Shown in pieces: positions 61,700-64,000 of a DNA stretch of 64,000 nt. Within the stretch, counting starts at the first letter, position 1. Every line of letters begins with the position of its first letter. The stretch lies in assembly GCF_006345805.1 (NCBI RefSeq), contig NC_042998.1:80290001-80354000 (forward strand), read 5' to 3'. The notes under the pieces are model-generated. The model worked only from the letters and a program-made list of their open reading frames with translations. It did not search any database and was not told where the DNA came from. The translations under genes were made by a program, and so were the position numbers. The DNA is from Octopus sinensis. Lineage: Eukaryota.

Positions 61700-62145
61700 C
61701 TATGAGGGATTGATACTAGATGTGCCAAAACAATTGTAATGATTAATAAGAATTCTTGTATCTTCTATCTCTCATTTACCATATATATATATATTCTAAG
61801 GGTTCCATAAAATCCATACAGACATCATTCAAAAATTCCATGCTTCTTGAAATTCCTCATGTATCTACATACCTTTTCCCTTTTATGGCTCTTTTACTGT
61901 TCACTTTTCTGTTTTGTGCTTTATTCTGTGTGCTGTGCATGCATTTTTGGTTATCATTGATAGCTGTCTTTACTTGACTTATTACTGTACACAATAAAAT
62001 CATCGTTATTTAGCATCCATATTCTATGCTGGCATGGTTTGATGGGGCTCAACAGGTTAGAGGACTGCATCAAGTCCCAATGTGTTTTGGCATTGTTTCT
62101 ACAGTTGGAAACCTTTCCTAATACCAGTAACTTTACAGAATATAC

Positions 62146-63634
62146 TGTGTGTGTGGTGTGTGTGTGTGTCTCTTGCCAGCACCAGTAAAGTCACCAGGCA
62201 GCTTGCAATGACAAGACCCTTTGAGAGGAAGTGTAGTATTGCGGGAGGTGGTTTATGCCAGATGCTGAGAAGCAAGAATATGATAGAAAGGTAGGAACAG
62301 GTGTCATGCTGTAGTGGCTATCCCAGCTAGAAAAGGAGAGAAGATGGCAGTGGAGAATTGTATACACACACTATAAATGAGAAAAACAGGGTCAGAGCAA
62401 ACTCTTGGCAACTGGAGGCCATTGATCCAATTTCTATTTTTATTGAGATCTGACTTTAGTCATTCAGCTGATATCATTGGAAAAGATAATTACTACTACA
62501 ATTTTAAATTCACCCCACCCTTGACCCCTACTCCCTCTCCCTCCCATGAATCTAAGGCCTTATCTTTAATGAAGTGATTTTCATGATCATTGGCTCTTGT
62601 TAGTTTTCACTTAAAAAAAAAGACTTTAAATTTTCCATTTATTTATATTTCTTCCCACTCCTCATTTGAATCAATTGTTTGCAACGAGTGTAGGCTGGTG
62701 GTGATTTCATATATATGTATATATATATATATGCTAAGCAAGATCAGAGACAAAGATTGATGTTGAAGCCATAGAAAAGAGAGGGCACAACTATATCATA
62801 ACTGTAAAGTGTTGATGAATAATGACTTGCCAATATAGCAGTTGACATTTTTTTAAAAATACACTGCAGAAGAGAGAGAGAGAGTGTGTGTGTGTGTGGT
62901 GTGTGTGTGTGTCTCTTGCCAGCACCAGTAAAGTCACCAGGCAGCTTGCAATGACAAGACCCTTTGAGAGGAAGTGTAGTATTGCGGGAGGTGGTTTATG
63001 CCAGATGCTGAGAAGCAAGAATATGATAGAAAGGTAGGAACAGGTGTCATGCTGTAGTGGCTATCCCAGCTAGAAAAGGAGAGAAGATGGCAGTGGAGAA
63101 TTGTATACACACACTATAAATGAGAAAAACAGGGTCAGAGCAAACTCTTGGCAACTGGAGGCCATTGATCCAATTTCTATTTTTATTGAGATCTGACTTT
63201 AGTCATTCAGCTGATATCATTGGAAAAGATAATTACTACTACAATTTTAAATTCACCCCACCCTTGACCCCTACTCCCTCTCCCTCCCATGAATCTAAGG
63301 CCTTATCTTTAATGAAGTGATTTTCATGATCATTGGCTCTTTGTTAGTTTTCACTTAAAAAAAAAAGACTTTAAATTTTCCATTTATTTATATTTCTTCC
63401 CACTCCTCATTTGAATCAATTGTTTGCAACGAGTGTAGGCTGGTGGTGATTTCATATATATGTATATATATATATATGCTAAGCAAGATCAGAGACAAAG
63501 ATTGATGTTGAAGCCATAGAAAAGAGAGGGCACAACTATATCATAACTGTAAAGTGTTGATGAATAATGACTTGCCAATATAGCAGTTGACATTTTTTTT
63601 AAAAATACACTGCAGAAGAGAGAGAGAGTGTGTG
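62146..63634. repeat. Near-perfect direct tandem duplication, unit about 743 bp
   Basis: Identical ORFs at 62377 and 63120 (offset 743); only homopolymer-length differences noticed; junctions in (GT)n. Confidence 0.95.
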
Positions 63635-64000
63635 TGTGTGTGTGTGTGTGTGCACGCGCGCACAGAATCCTACATATGTGAACAAAGCTTTCATGTAGAG
63701 TGTATTTCAGCAAACTATATTGTCAGTAGCTGTTTTGACAATGAAATATTTCAAATATTTCTACGACATTTGTCTTTGTACTGCTTCTTATCCATTTTTT
63801 TTTCATACTAAAAGTCAAGGAGGTAGTTTTTGTTGCAAATGCTGACATTTGTATATTGTTGGATAGGTGATTTTACACGTATAAACTCTTTCGCTTTATG
63901 AAGATCCAAGTTCTCACTTTAAAATCTTAGATTCAATGCCTTATATCAAAAGTTATTATGATCATCATTACCATTTGATGTCTATTTTTCCATGCTGATA

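Noticed and set aside
61872-61986. Minus-strand exon with AG/GTATGT boundaries
   Set aside because: Phase incompatible with the adjacent WD40-like exon, and homology to 51250-51403 runs past the donor with a frameshift

Overview
Repeat-saturated, AT-rich eukaryotic DNA with no prokaryotic features. The SINE families, (TA)n/(CA)n/(GAT)n microsatellites and retroelement relics look like an octopus (coleoid cephalopod) genome; this is an inference from remembered repeat families, not a search. No multi-exon gene can be called confidently. There are only low-confidence exon candidates (56.7-59.5 kb +, 61.6 kb -, 31.4 kb -, 13.1-13.5 kb -), and almost every ORF in the supplied track is a microsatellite or repeat read-through. 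Well supported content: decayed RTE, CR1, R4/Dong-like and Penelope retroelements; a maT (DD37D-like) Tc1/mariner relic; four hAT MITEs with 8-bp TSDs; a TTAA-flanked MITE; two solo LTRs with exact TSDs; several SINE families; and a 743-bp terminal tandem duplication. Most interesting: (1) short Penelope-type terminal fragments carrying minimal type I hammerhead-ribozyme folds whose cores are non-canonical in more than one copy (CCGACGA, CUGUCGA); (2) a 2.3-kb composite self-complementary satellite punctuated by TTAGGG-like motifs; (3) a 279-bp solo LTR packed with ETS/NRF1/E-box-like motifs and a splice donor.
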